Shown here in pieces: positions 39,291 through 53,139 of a stretch of 64,000 bases of DNA. The translations under genes were made by a program, and so were the position numbers. The stretch covers positions 41,230,001-41,294,000 of the forward strand of contig NC_134478.1 of assembly GCF_964194025.1 (NCBI RefSeq). Reading direction: 5' to 3'. Below the pieces are notes generated by a model. It searched no databases and was not told the origin of the DNA. It was given only the letters and a program-made list of their open reading frames with translations. This DNA comes from Convolutriloba macropyga. Taxonomy: Eukaryota. Position 1 is the first letter of the stretch, and every line of letters begins with the position of its first letter.

Positions 39291-42200
39291 TTGTGCTATT
39301 CGGATACGCGCAATTCGTGGAAGCGTTTGTTTTTCTTCTGCTATTTTTGGTGGGGGTGTACCGAGTAGCTTGCAGTATGGACTGTGGTGGTATTAGGTAC
39401 AGCCATCTGGCTAACTTCATTGTTCCTTCCCACTGGTCAATCTATTTCAGGTCCCTGGTTTTCCTACAGCAGTCGAAAATTTGGTTTATGCCATGTGGTA
39501 CCACTTCATATTCTGGACAGCAGTTTTCATCATTGTCATAGACCCCACTCAAGTAGTTTTTAGGTGAGGGCAGTGTCCAGTTCTCAGTTGTGCTAATTGG
39601 ATACGTACAAATCGTGGCAGCGTCTGTTCTTCTCCTGCTGTTTTTGGTGGAGCTGGTCCTATTTGCTTCCTATCTTTGTTCAAAGAAGTCTACCTGCAAT
39701 AAAGGTTTTGGCTTCTGTGTTATAAGGAAAAAAATCCCGTTTTGTCTTTTTCAGGCACTCCAATAAATTTTAAACAACATTTTGGCTCGAACTTTAGGAA
39801 ATTTGCCTATTGGAAGTTTGCCTAGAAAATCAATAGCTAAGTCAAGAGCGATTCTCATTTTTATTCAGTTCTCTCTTATTTGTTGTTGGCGTGATTTTTT
39901 AATCAACAGTCAGATAACAAATTTGCAAAAAAATTTCATATCTCTCATGTGGTCGTTTCTTCTTTTGCAAAATGAAAGGAATTTGCCATAGTGGAATTTG
40001 CATTGCTTGCTAGTAATGGTAGACTATTTGCTGGTTCACAATAAAAAGCGAACGACAACGCCATCAATAATTTTGCTTATCGTTTGATCAAAATGATACT
40101 GTTCAACCAGCTTGATACTCATTTTTCAATAGCTAACTGAAGCAAGCGAAGCTCGTTCTTTTCCAGTTTTCTCTTTTTTTGATAGATTATGTTTTATCTA
40201 TTTCTCAAAAAGTTTAAACATATCTTCAATTTTAGGGGTTGTACGATCTAAGCATGTCAACCGTGTTATTATTAATCAATCGATTGAAAGATTACTAAAA
40301 TTTTTATACTGAAGAAAACTTTTTAGCACAGACTGCTGCCCTTTAAGTGACCGCCATTCCAATTTTAATTGTTGGCATTATGAAAACTTAAAACACAACC
40401 TAATACTCTGAAATTGTCAACTAATTCACTTTCATCATGAACAACAATATTTCAAAAAGTAATTTTTTGGTAATAACATGGCACGCTGCAACATGATAAT
40501 CGAAAGCAGCAACAAGTTTTTGTAAGAAAATGTAAAAATTTTTTTTAGGTATTCATGAGATAAATCTTTTTTTGTATCTCCTGCGGGTGTATTGTCTTTT
40601 CTGGCATTCGATGGCATGTGCATGATCCCAATGTTTGATCCCTGTGGATTTTTCTTTACATGCTCACCTATACTGCATCCTAAGAATAGTTAAGGGCAAC
40701 AAAGTCACTAAACTAGTTGCTTCTTTAGGTCAATTTGATACATTTCAGTCAACCATTTTTTAATAGTTAGGTAAAGCGCGCGCATATTGTTATTATTCAA
40801 TTTGCTCTGATTGTTGATGGTTTGATTCTTTAAAAGATTCCTTTTGTCTGTAGCTAGTGTGCGCTCAGGGAGAAAAACCTACAATGGGGCCATTTATTGT
40901 CTAAAAAGTCCAACAAAAACCTATTGAAGCGTTTGCATTTTTTTCCAGAGAAAGTTTAAAGAAAACCATTAGTTTTATTTGAAACCATTAAACATTATAA
41001 ACAAATGAAGAAAGAATAATTAAATATATTTGAACAAATTAAAAAATCCCTAAAAATTTTATAAGAGGCCCTTAGCTAAAATTTTCTGTTTGCAGTAATT
41101 GAAAACCTACCAGCAGCATCAAACGTGTTTGCAAATACTTACTGAAAAATCTTTTCATGAAATTCTATTTTATTCTTTGCTGCTCTCGTACCGATTAGAA
41201 TTTTTCAAATTTTGTAGAGACAGAACTCACAAAAATCTGAGAGACTTGCTCAACAAGATAGGGTGAATCTGGACATCAAACCAGGGTACAGCCAGACAAA
41301 AGCGTCTTGCCAGTAAAGCAAATATTTTAAGTAATGCGTATTTGACAAGTTCTGGTGACGCCTTCGGGTGAGCTTCCAGTTCGTGGCAATGACTTTCTCC
41401 CAATTGGCTACGCTTTATTTTGCTTTGAATTTAACGGAAACCTAATTTTAGAACTTGTCAAAGACTTAGAAAAACATGAGAGTGGTAACTCAAGTTATTA
41501 TTTCCCAGAGATTTCTTTAGATAAAGAATAATTTTCTGGTTTTAAAAATTTTCTGGCAAGTTTCCAAAATTTCCAAACAAAAATGCAAATTTCCAAATAA
41601 TTGCATTTTTTTGAGCTAGCAGCAAAAACATCTCACGAAATCTTGATCATAATAATAAAACACTTACACAAGTCCAAGAATTAAATGAATCAGAAGCTTG
41701 AAAACTGTCGCACTATTGAGATAGACCTTGAAGAGAAAACGAAGACGCAGTCAAAGTTTTATGAAGATCCGTTATACCTTTATGTGTCAACAAACTCCTA
41801 CCGCAATGATCAATAAACACGTTAAAAGGCAAAATTATTAATATCCTTTTTGTGTCAGACATTAACATACTTGAAGGTAGTATGCCAGAACAGATTGTTT
41901 GCAATGAAAACCTTTTTGGGGCATAACCATCCGCCAAAATGCATGACAAAAAATTAAAAAAAAACTACCTCTGACAACGGATTATCAAAGATGGCAAAAC
42001 TTTTCGAGGAAATATTACTTTTTTTGTACCTGCGATAAAGGCAACAAATTGTGTGTTATGATAAAACGACAGCAATTTATCTCATTAATGCGCCCCATTT
42101 TATCTATTTCAGACAATCCATTAAAATTTAAACAACAAATTGACTCCAACTTTTGAAAATGCGCCGGGAGCTATCTTCGAAGCTTCGAGTCTGATAGCGA

Positions 42201-44001
42201 GACAAAAACTTCAAACTCTTGAGCAAGCGGCAAATGAGCAAGTTTAATAACTAGGTGTTGAAGGTTTTTACACAAATATTCCTGTATCTGAAACCATTGA
42301 TATTGCTTTGCTATGTTTTTACTCAAGTGACACCCTTTTGCATTCTGAATGATCAACGCCTATATTAATACTCAAGCTAGCTGTGGAAAAAGTTTATTTC
42401 AGAATTACGTTTAAATGCTACTTCCAACATAAAACTGTTTTGCAATGAAATTTCTGTGGCACAAGTTGTTGCCAATACTTGGAATAAATCTTTTGAAGGA
42501 AAACTAATTGTTGAGAATGTGATGTGCTCTGGAGAAAGAAAAATTTCAAAACAAAAGTGCCCCGACTGTTATTAAAGAGTAGCTTGGAAATTGCCATGTG
42601 CATATGTTGATTTCCAAAAACGTCTCGCAAGCGAATCTCCGCATCATCTTGCAAATTCGGTTAATTAGACCAGCACATCATTTTTGGGCTTATTCTGAAT
42701 GAAAATTTTTCACAAGCTTGTTGGTTCTAATCTTGGGTAGTTCAATTTGTACGCAACTTCTGCTTTGACACTCGTGGTCTGATGGCATCAACGTTCTAAA
42801 CTGTTCGTTTTTCAAGATTTTTGCTGCAAAAAGATCATAAAGCTGCAGAAACATAACTTAGACAGAGGCAATATGTTGTTTATCCGGAGCTGTTGTACAA
42901 AAATTTTGTTTCGTTTAAGTTATCCACCTAACCACCCTAACCACCTCTCCGAAATTTTTCTAGAGACGTCAAGTTTATTCTCAAAAAAAATAAAAAGTGA
43001 GATCCGTACAAGAAAATTAGGAATATCAAAGGTTTATAAAGGACAAAATTTGCTGCCATTTTGAGGTGAAAGAAAACATTTCTCCTCAGAAGATAAAATA
43101 AATTTTTCCTTTTTTGTCAGTCTAGTATTGATATGGGTGTGCCAGTTCATGTCAGCAATAACGTTAACTCTTTGATCTTTGTTTTTTTGGGTTGCTGGAG
43201 TGGCTGACCCTGAAGGAAAAAGCGGCATTGCGATCAGAAAAATAATTGGCAGAATTTTTCGGCAGCTAAACCCATTGTGTTTTCTTTGACACAACTTTTG
43301 AGAGGATCAAGATCACTCTGAAATTGTTTGGTCGCATTGTTCGTCATGTTGTGACATTGAAATTGATATTGCTGGTTATTAGGACAGAAAGTCTTTTTGA
43401 CAGAAAATCCAACATTTGGAAATCGGCATAGCTTTTCCGGTTGGGATTTTTGGGCGGAGTGTCGTATGTACAACTGAAATTTTTGTAGTAAATTAATTTA
43501 GCTATAAGGCAGCCAATGTCGTCAAAATGAAACTGACTGAAAATCAAACCATTTGGTCAGAGCTATGAGCACCGCACAGTTCTTGTTCTTTGTTGGAATT
43601 CCTTAGCTTTACGAAGATGGCCTTAGACGAAGATGGCTTCATCTGTTATTTCAAAGACAAGCCACGTCTCAGTTCAACAAATTACGTTGCAGTAAGTGGC
43701 TCTTCCACTGATATCAAGAGGACCTCTGGATTTAAAAGTGAACATTTTTTAAAATATTTCTTAACATATATTTTGCATGGTTATGCAATATTGCCGTTGA
43801 AGTCATCTGCAACCACCAGTGCGACCTATTCCATTTCGAACTGTTGCTAATACTCAAATTTTTTGATTCGGCGATTTTTTCTTACCACTCCATCTTTTAT
43901 CTGTTTGCTTCAATTCGGCGGATAATTACTTGGAGCTTATGTACATTTTCTCCCGAACTGCTTCGAAGATCACGTTAATGAAAGTATGATATTGCAATCT
44001 T

Positions 44002-44155
44002 GGATCTTTTCTGTTTTTGCCCCCAGTACGTTATACGCCCCCAGTTTCAGAGCCCGGGCCATTGCATAGTAAACCATTGTAAAAATATGGCACGTGCGTC
44101 TGGGGTGCAAATAATATGCGCCCAATAAGCTGGGGGGCACAAACGGGAAAAATGT
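44002..44155. mobile_element. Same MITE family
   Basis: Same TIRs and internal GGCACGTGCGTCTGGGG. Left flank GCAATCTT. Confidence 0.75.
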
Positions 44156-44829
44156 GCTTTCTTTTTTGAAAGAAAACTTAGGTTTTTCCCATTATAGCCC
44201 GCCCCGTGAAAATACAGCCCGTCATTCTGGTATATATACAATGATTAAGGGGCTCTTGGTTATCGGTCTACTAAGCTCGGAGAGGCTTGGTCAACACGGG
44301 AGGGGGAATTTGGGCTTCAAACAAAGGTACAGCGAGACAAAAGCGTCTTGCGAGGGAAGCAAATATTTTATTCACGTACGTAATTGTCGGTACATTGGGT
44401 GAGCTTCCAATTCATGGCCCTGACTTTCAGCTTGGTTTAGCTGCCAATAGCCTACGCTTTTTTTGTTTTCAATTTTAAGGAAACTAATTTCGGAAATTGT
44501 CAAAAAAATGGAAAAACATGAGAAGGGTAACTCAAGTGTTTCTTTCCCAGAGAATCTTTTTGAGAAAAAAATCCTACTTTCTGGCTCTGAATAATTGCAT
44601 TTTCTTCAGCCGACAGTAAAAACTTTCATCGAATCTTGATATTATTTATAAAACTGTTCAACAAGTCTGAAATTTTATACCACAAAAGATGACTACTAGA
44701 AAAATATATAAAAATGAATCAAAAGCTTGAAAACTGTCGCACCATCGAGATAGTCCTTGAAGAGATAACGACGAAGCAGAGAAAATTTCATAGAGATCCG
44801 AACTACCAGTATTTGAACAAGATTTAACA

Positions 44830-45760
44830 AAGGATTGTCAATTTAAAACATTCTTACGAACGTTTCCAAACTTTGAGTTCATCGTCAGGATATAAACAAT
44901 ACAAAATTCTAAAATAAAAATAACAAAAATCACTAAACTCACTCATTCAAGCAAACTTAAAACGAAATTTTACATATCCGCAGTCGTATCTACAAAACTT
45001 TACATCTGAGTAAATAAACATTACCGATTTGATGTAGCAGATGCAGAATTTGATGAAGCACATAAATTTCCCTAAACATACTTTGGTTTTGTTCAACTGT
45101 AAAATTAAAATTTTCGATGGATAACGTGTCCTTCTTTCAAGTTGAAATTTCATCTCCAAGTTAAGCTTTCAGTGTCAAGTCTCGTGTTCGGTATTCGTCG
45201 CGCTTATTGATGGCTGGCTTCAGTGTTCCTATATAGAGCGCCTATATAGAGCGCCTAACCCTAACCCCTCTAGTGTCATTAACCTATATTGGTTGCCGCA
45301 CTGATCTTATATCTTCCACTGGAAAGCTGTTTTATCACCGTTACACTCAATTGCATATATTTCTATCGGTGAGTCCGCCTTGGCATGCTCTGCAACACTT
45401 GTGGTAATATGTCAGCATGTCTGCTTTACATAGAGGGATTTGCATCTATTACAAGTGAGTTCATAAACCAAGTGAATTTGAGGTCTTTATCAAAGCTAGA
45501 CTTATGGCTAGGTAAACGGCTCTTAAGTTTCCCAGTGGTGAAAATTGTACAGGATGAATTTTGTTCAGCTTCCTTACAAATTCATTAGAGATGATGACTC
45601 TGTACTGTAATACAAATTGTTGTTTCTCAGTATTTTTCTGTTGTTTTACGGTTGCACCCGCGTTATATCCTTTGTTGTTACTTTCGCAGCTGGGTAAATG
45701 TATCCTTGACAATATTCCCTCCCCAATGCCTAGGATATTGATTACGTTCCCAGTATTTAT
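44830..45760 (-). mobile_element. Penelope-like element 3' fragment (GIY-YIG endonuclease + 3' UTR)
   Basis: VYELTCNRCKSLYVKQTC*HITTSVAEHAK...LMTLE/ALYIGTLKPAINKRDEYRTRDLTLKA*. Confidence 0.75.
44835..44900 (-). ncRNA. Degenerate minimal hammerhead ribozyme motif
   Basis: CUGACGA-UGAAC(UCAAA)GUUUG-GAAAC-GUUC-GUA in the Penelope 3' UTR. Stem I is imperfect. Confidence 0.5.
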
Positions 45761-47699
45761 CAACAAACTCCAATCGCACGCACCAATAAACACGCTAAAA
45801 GACAAAATATTAATATCCATTTTAAATCAGACATTAATAAACTTGAATGTAGTATGCCAGAACATGGTGTTTGCAATGAAAACCTTTTTGAGGAATAACC
45901 ATCCGCCAAATTCCACGCTAAAAAATTTTAAACAATTAAGACAAACTACCACTGACAAAAGTTTTTCAAAGATGGCAAAACTATTCAAGGAAAAATTACT
46001 TTTTTATTCCTGCGATAAAGATAACGAAATGTATTTTATGATAAAAACGACCGCAATTAGTCACATTAATGCGCCCCATTTTATCTATTCCAGGCAATCC
46101 ATCAATATTTAAACAACAATTTGACTCCAACTTTTGAAAATGCACCGGAAGCTATCTTCGAAGCTTCGAGTCTGATAGCGAGACAAAAACTTCAAACTCT
46201 TGAGCATGCGGCAAATGAGCAAGTTTTATCACGAGGTTTTGAAAGTTTTTACAAAAGTGGTCCTGTATCTGAAGCCATTGATGATTCTTTGCGGTGACAT
46301 TTCTTTGAATTTTGAATGATCAGCGCATACCTTACTACTCAAACTAGCAGTCAGAAACGTTTATTTAAACTGTTCGTTTTTCAGGAGTTTGCTGGAAGAA
46401 GATCATAAAGCTGCAGAAACATAGGCAGAGGCAATATGTTGTTTATCCGAAACTGTTGTACAAAAATTTCGTTTCGTTTAAGTTATCCACCTAAACACCC
46501 TTTTCGGAAATCTTTCGAGAGACGTCAAGTCCATTCTGAAAAAAGAGACGAAGTGAGATCCGTACATGAAAATCAGGAAAAGCAAAGGTTTGTAAAGGTC
46601 CAGGTCTGTTGCCATTGTGATGTAAAAGGAAACATCCTGAGAAGATAAAAGACATTTTTCGCTTTCTTCAGTCTAGTTTCAATATGGGTGTGCCAGTTTA
46701 TGTCAGCAATAACTTTAACGCTTTGATCTTTGATATTATTGCTTTGCTGGAGTGGCTGATCTTGGAGGAAAAAGCGGCATTGAGAACCTCAAAAAAAAAA
46801 TGGCGGAATTTGTCGGCAACTAAAGCCATTGTGTTTGAGGACATCAAGATCAGGAATTTGTTTGGTCTGATTGTTCGTCATGTTGTGGCATTGAAATTGA
46901 TATCGCCGGTTATAAAGGCAGAAAGTGTTTTTGACAGAGAATCCAAGATTTTGGATTTGACATAGCTTTTCCCGTAGGAATTTTTTGGCGGAGGGTTGTA
47001 TATACAGCTTAAACTTTAGTAAGTTACTTTAGCTATCGGGCATTCAACTTCGTCAAATTTAAACCGATTGAAAGTCATATACAAAAAATCATGTATTTTT
47101 ACAATAAATATGACGACAAAATCTCAAGTACATGGAGAATTGATTGCGGATGTACCGAATGCAAAGAAGTGAAGAAACTTAATTTCTCTTAAAATACGAG
47201 CTTAGAAATGCTAAAACTGAGGTTCCCGTGACCCAAGAGATTTTGCTCTAAAGTCTTTATTATTATTATTAATTGCTCTCAATGGAAGTTTGTACCAATT
47301 ATATTAGCCCTGTCGTTCTTTTTACGCGATTTTTCGCTTGACCGCTTTATCGTCTGACGCTTTTGACTTTTCGTCCTCAAAACCGGTATCAACAGATAGC
47401 GCCCAGCGGGCATTAATTGCTCTTAGAGCCGTTCAGTTCTGTTTCAGCTCAAACTGTTTCGGAGACTTATACTTATAGTTATAGTGTGAAGGGCTGTTCT
47501 TAGAGGTTGAAGACACCCGCCAGTGTAGACCCCCCTATCGCCGCCACCCCCCACTGTGCTGTTCCCCCACCCAGTGCCCCCCCCCCCCCAATTAGCCCCC
47601 GGTGCACCCCCCCATGGCTAGCTACTGACAAGCAGCCGCTGGCTAAAAACGCAAATTTATACTATTTTGCTATTTTTTTCAATTTTTTCAAAAATATTT

Positions 47700-48900
47700 G
47701 ACAATTTTTTTTCTTTTTTTATCAGCCCTAGGTGTCAAGGAACATCCTCTGCGGTATGATAATAGGTTAGTGCATTGTTTCTAATGGTAATGGAGTGGTT
47801 TCAACATTTTAACCTCACGAATTTTAGCAATTTTTTGACAAAACGTGCAAATTTTTCAAATTTTTTGACATTTTTTTCCTTATTCAGGTTTTTCCAGACC
47901 CAGGGGCCAGAAAACATCCTATGGGGTTTAATAATAAGTTACTGACAAATTTTATACGGTCATTGATTAGTTTTTCAACTTTTTAATGTCACAAATTTTA
48001 ACAATTTTTGATAAGACTTGCTTTTTTCAAGTTGTTTTGAAATTTTTTGTCGGTTTTCAGATTTTTCATCCTTAAGTACCGAGAACCTCCTCTCTAGGGT
48101 TAACAAATAGTTTTTTGAATAGTTTCTAGATTGAACAGATTGTCTTGAAGGATCTTAACATCACGAGTTTTAGCATATTTCAGATATTTTGTGCCATTTT
48201 TTTCCATTTTTTTAATATATATAGTCATTATTCAGAGTTTTTGAGCCTCAAGGGTCAAAAAAGCTTCCGTTGGGGTTTGATCTTAAGGTACTGAAGTTTT
48301 TTGTTGGTCTTGGATTAATTTTCAACTTTTTAATATCACAAGTTTTAGCTATTTTTATAATAAAACTTGCAATTTTAAAAAAAAAAATTTTAAAATTTTT
48401 TGTCATTTTTTTTAGGTTTCTCTAGCCTCAAGAACCACGGAATTTCCTCTAGGGTTTGATAACATCTTAATGCGTAGTTTAAAGATGTAATGGCATGTTC
48501 TTCAAGATTTTAAAAACACGAATTTAAGAAAAAATTTAAAAATATTTTCAGTTTTTCATTTTTTTGATTTTTTTCCGGCAAAAGAGGCCCTGGTGCCTCC
48601 TCCAAGGTTTGATAATAAGCTGCTGAATAGACATAGAGTTAATGGGATTGTGATCAACATTTATTATAACTCCAGTTTTTGTACTATTTGGTAAAAATTC
48701 AACTTTTCATATTTTTGGAAAATTTTCATGTTCCAATCTTATGGGTCTTTCAGCCAGTGAAAATATTTCAGGCTTAAAACAGGGATACTGGATAGTCTCT
48801 TGAGACAAAGAAATGGTTCATAAGATGATAGTGTCTTGAATTTTAGCAAGATTTTGTTAAAATTTGCAATTTTCAATTTTTTTGATTATTTTTTGTCCAT
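47700..48900. repeat. Degenerate ~175-bp tandem repeat, about 6-7 units
   Basis: Recurring AGCCTCAAG..AACATCCTCT..GGGTTTGATAATA block at about 47724, 47898, 48069, 48244, 48424 and 48590. Confidence 0.6.
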
Positions 48901-51900
48901 TTCAGAGTTTAACGACAACTACTGGCCAACGAAACTTTTCAATTCTCGGAGATGGGTTAATTGACAGACCATTTGGGACAAAAAATGGTTTTGATTTTTT
49001 TTATTGCGAAGTTGAAAACTTTCTTTAAAATTTTGCCTATTTCAGTCTTTTTCTATATCATTTATTTTTAACAAGGTTAGAAAGCTAGAAGTTGCAGTGT
49101 AGAATTTCCCTTTCCTTCTCTTTCTCGTTAACGTTTTATCTCTCTCTCACTCTCTTTTTTTTGTTGATACCGCACTTCAGCTGCTTATATGTGGCGTTTA
49201 AGTTATCCACCTAACCACACTTTTCGGAAATCTTTCAAGAGACGTCAGGTCCATTCTCAAAAAAGGGACGAAGCGAGATCCATACATGAGAATTAGGAAA
49301 AGCAAAAGTTTGTAAATGACCAGGTTTGTTGCCGTTTTGATGTAAAAAGAAACAAGTGGAGAAGATAAAAGACAATGTTCGCTTTCTTATCTAGTTTCAA
49401 TATGGGAGTGCCAGTTTATGTCAGCTATAACGTTAACTCTTTGATCTTTGATATTATTGCGTTGCTGAAGTGGCTGACCCTGGAGGAAAAAGCGGCATTG
49501 CGAACCTCAAAAAAAGAATTGGCTGAATTTGTCGGCAGCTAAACCCATTAAGTTTGAGGGAATCCAGATCAGGAGTAAGTTTTGTCGGATTTTTCGTCAT
49601 GTTGTGGCCATGAAAAGGATATCGCCGGTTATAAAGGCAGAAATTGCTTTTGACCGGGAATCCAAGATTTTGAATTTGACATAGCTTTTCCCGTAAGAAT
49701 TTTTTGGCGGATGGTTGTAAATACAGCTTAAAGTTTAGTAAGTTAGTTCAGCTATCAGGAAGTTGACTTGGTCAAATTGAAACTGATTGAAAATCATATA
49801 CAATAAATCATGTACTTTTACAATAGAAATGACGAGAATATCTCAAGTACATGGAGAATTGGTTGCGGATGTACCGAATGAAAAGAAGTGAAGAAAATCA
49901 AATTCTTTTAAACCAAGGGTTTAGAAAAGCTAAAACTGAGGCTCGCGGGACCCATGAGATTTTGCTCTAAAATCTTTATTATTTTTATTATTAATCAAAC
50001 GAAGTTTGTAGAAATTATATTAACCCTGTCGGTCTTTTTTTATGCAATTTTTCGCTTGACCGACTTACCGTCTGACGCTCTATCGTTCTCAAAAACGGGA
50101 TGAACAGGTAGCGGCCAAAGGGCATTAAGTGCTCTTAGAGCCGTTGTGCTCTGTTTCAGCTCAAACTGTTTTGGAGACTTAACTTTTCAAATTTTTTCAT
50201 TATTGTTTTTGCTTTTCTGAGTTTAACGACCATTGCTGGCGAACAAAAATTTTTCAAGTCTCAGAGATGGGTTAACTGATAGAATTTTCAAGACAAAAAT
50301 TAGTTTTTATTCTTTTGCGAAGTTGAAAACTGTTTTTTAATTTTGCTTTTTTCAGTTTTTTTCTATATGATTGAATTATTAACAAGTTTAGAAAACTAGA
50401 AGTTGCAGTGTCAAATTTCCCTTTCCTTCTCTTTCTCGTTAACGTTTTATCTCTCTCTCTCTCTCTCACTCTCTTTTTTTGTTGATGCCACTCTTCAGCT
50501 GCTTGTGTGTGGCATAATGTCACCATCTCTGATCCTCGTTATCAATGAGTTGTAGTTGAAATGTTTTTTTATCATAAATGATCTAACAGGCACTTTTAGG
50601 AAACCGTTATTAATTGCTCTTAAAAGCAATTTGTAGCAAATATATTAATCCTGTTTGTCTTTTATGCAACTTTTTCGCTTGGCCCATTTTTCGTCTGGCT
50701 CATTTGACTTTCGTATCCAGAAACGGGATAAAGAGGTAGTGCACTGAGGTCACTAAATCGTTGCTAGCTGTTGACGAAGCCAACCGTTCGCTGGTCGTTT
50801 GAGAGCAGTTCGCCCGACGTTATTCGGTTATGTTTATTAATATATCATTTTTCAGAGCTAGAAGCACTGCAGAACTCTTTTTCTTTGTTGGACTTTCTTA
50901 GCTTACGCTAGCCTGGGAGGAAGATGGCTTCATCTGTTATTTTTAGAGACAAGCCACGTCTCAGTTAAACAAATTACGTTAATATTAGACCTCAATTTCG
51001 CTGTTAAAGAAAATAATCAATAAAGTTAGGCTGGATCACTAATTTTGAAAGTTGATCAAGCAAGAAGTCATTATTTCATGCTTTTTCAAGCGTCTCACTT
51101 TCAATATTTCACGTTTCATATCACACTAGACTTTGAAATTAATCAGTTTTTCGCTCCTTTCTCACATTTGTCTCGAACGGTTCAACAATACAAAATGGTA
51201 TAAAATGAGCAATCAACTGAGCAAACTTAGAAAAAGTTCTTGGAAGCCTTATGGCATGTTTCTTGGAAAATTTTATTGGAAGCCCAATTTTTTCTCATGA
51301 GACAAAGCATACACTTTTCGAAGATATTTAAAGGGGAAAATTGAAAACAAGAAACAGTCACAAAATATCACAACTTCGTCAAAAGGAGTTTTTTATGGTC
51401 TATAATTGAGTCCCTGTAAAGAAATATTTTTTAAATAAATTTCTCATTTTCTAAAAACCATAAAGAGTGACAATGAGAGCGACACAAGAGAGCCGGCTGA
51501 GAACCTGTGCGATCCATTCGCTCCTAAAGTCTTATCAAGGAATTCAGGAAAAATCTATTATTTGGGTTGAACGATTATTCAATTGTTGGATTGATTCACT
51601 GCACGAGAATTATAATTGAATTCTCGCTTTGAGTTTTGAACAGCAAAATTGGGGTCTAAGTAAGATAGAATATAGTTCTGGGAAGCCTTCGGCAATTCGA
51701 GCTCAGCCTCGGGCGCAAGCGGCCTCGGCTTTGAGCTCTAATTACCTTAGGCTTCCGAGAACTATACTCATAACATATACTTGTTTAGTGAAACTGCGTT
51801 GCTGTAAGTGGCTCTTCCACTGAGATGAAGAGGACTTCTGACATTAAAAGTAAACATTTTCTTTAAATTTCATCTCTTTTGCATGGTTATGCAATATTGC

Positions 51901-52320
51901 CGTTGAAGTCATCTGCAACCACCAGTGCGACCTATTCTATTTCGAACTTTTGCTAAAACTCAAATTTTGATTCGGCGATTGTTTCTTACCACTCCATCTT
52001 TTATCTGTTTGCTTCAATTCGGCGTTTAATAACTTGGAGCTTATGTACATTTTCTTGCGAACTGCTTCGAAGTTCTCTTTAACGAAAGTATCATATTGCG
52101 ATTTTGGATCTTTTCCGTGTGTGCCCCCCCAGTACGTTATGCGCCTCCAGTTTTAGAGCCCGTGCCATATTACATAGTAAATCATTGTAAAAATATGGCA
52201 CGTGCGTCTGGGGGTGCAAATAATATGCGCCCACTAACCTGGGGGGGGCACAAACGGAAAAAATCCGCAATCTTTTTCGAAAGAAGAAAACGTGGGTCTT
52301 TCCCATTATAGCCCATTTCT
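48870..52320 (+). repeat. Mosaic of duplicated blocks
   Basis: 49197-50183 ~ 46478-47475; 48870-49195 ~ 50185-50515; 50860-50980 plus 51800-52315 ~ 43560-44200. Confidence 0.7.
52106..52266. mobile_element. Same MITE family (paralogous site to the 44-kb copy)
   Basis: TIRs intact. Flanks GCGATTTT / GCAATCTT form a degenerate 8-bp TSD. Confidence 0.8.
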
Positions 52321-53139
52321 AAGGATTCAGGAGTGCCTCAAAATTGGAGGCCCTTAACGGAGAGTCGTTCGTCTACCATCTTCTTTTGAGCGTTGTGCCA
52401 TTTCGCAATTGTCAAGATTTCGACACTTTTTGAAGCTATATCTTGAACAGTTTTACAGACCTTTTGCAGTTCTTTTCAATAGAGTTAATCATTTTCAAAT
52501 GTTATTCTCCTTTTTCTCGCTCAGCGGGTATACCTGTGATGCGTTTCATGAATTTGGAAGCAGAGGACCTGCTCCTCCAGTGCAGGAGAAAAATAGGGGA
52601 CTTAGGGTTGCCTTCGCAAGAACTCTGATTCATTCGCTAATCATACTTTTTTCCTGATTTGCTCGCAATATTTGTAGGCTTCTTTAATTGATTTTCGACA
52701 GGTTTTTATATCTTGACATAAAGTTTTCGATGGAAAGCTGAATGAATATTAGATCTTTCTCATACTTACCTCAACTTTTGGTTGGAAAAAGTTTTGGTTA
52801 TAAATATGAAATTCATTTTGAGATCTACTATGTTTTTCCAAGTTGATCAATAAAATACTTATTGGAACAAATGGCATCTAATAGAATCTTGAAAAATTGA
52901 ATGTAATTACTTGAAAACAACTAGCTTAACGTGCTGTGCTAAACTTCTGACTAATTATTATCGACGAGTGTTCTTGGGCGAGTTTTGTCTTTCTTGTGAA
53001 GTTCTTCAATTTTTAGACAGTATACAAAACATAGAATTTGGAAGCCGATGAATGGTTTTATATTTTTGTTACGGAATGATTGCACTAACGTTCTCACTGC
53101 AACTCCTTTTGCTCTTATTGACGATGTTTATATGCCACG

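Larger units (their letters stand above)
41290..47080 (+). repeat. Two diverged tandem units (~41290-43550 and ~44330-47080) containing decayed Penelope-like RT
   Basis: Shared anchors AGACAAAAGCGTCTTGC, GAAAACTGTCGCAC and GCAATATGTTGTTTATCCG. Residual motifs CDKGNKLCVM and GFYTNIPVSETIDIAL (Penelope RT SLFTNVPxxETI). Confidence 0.6.
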
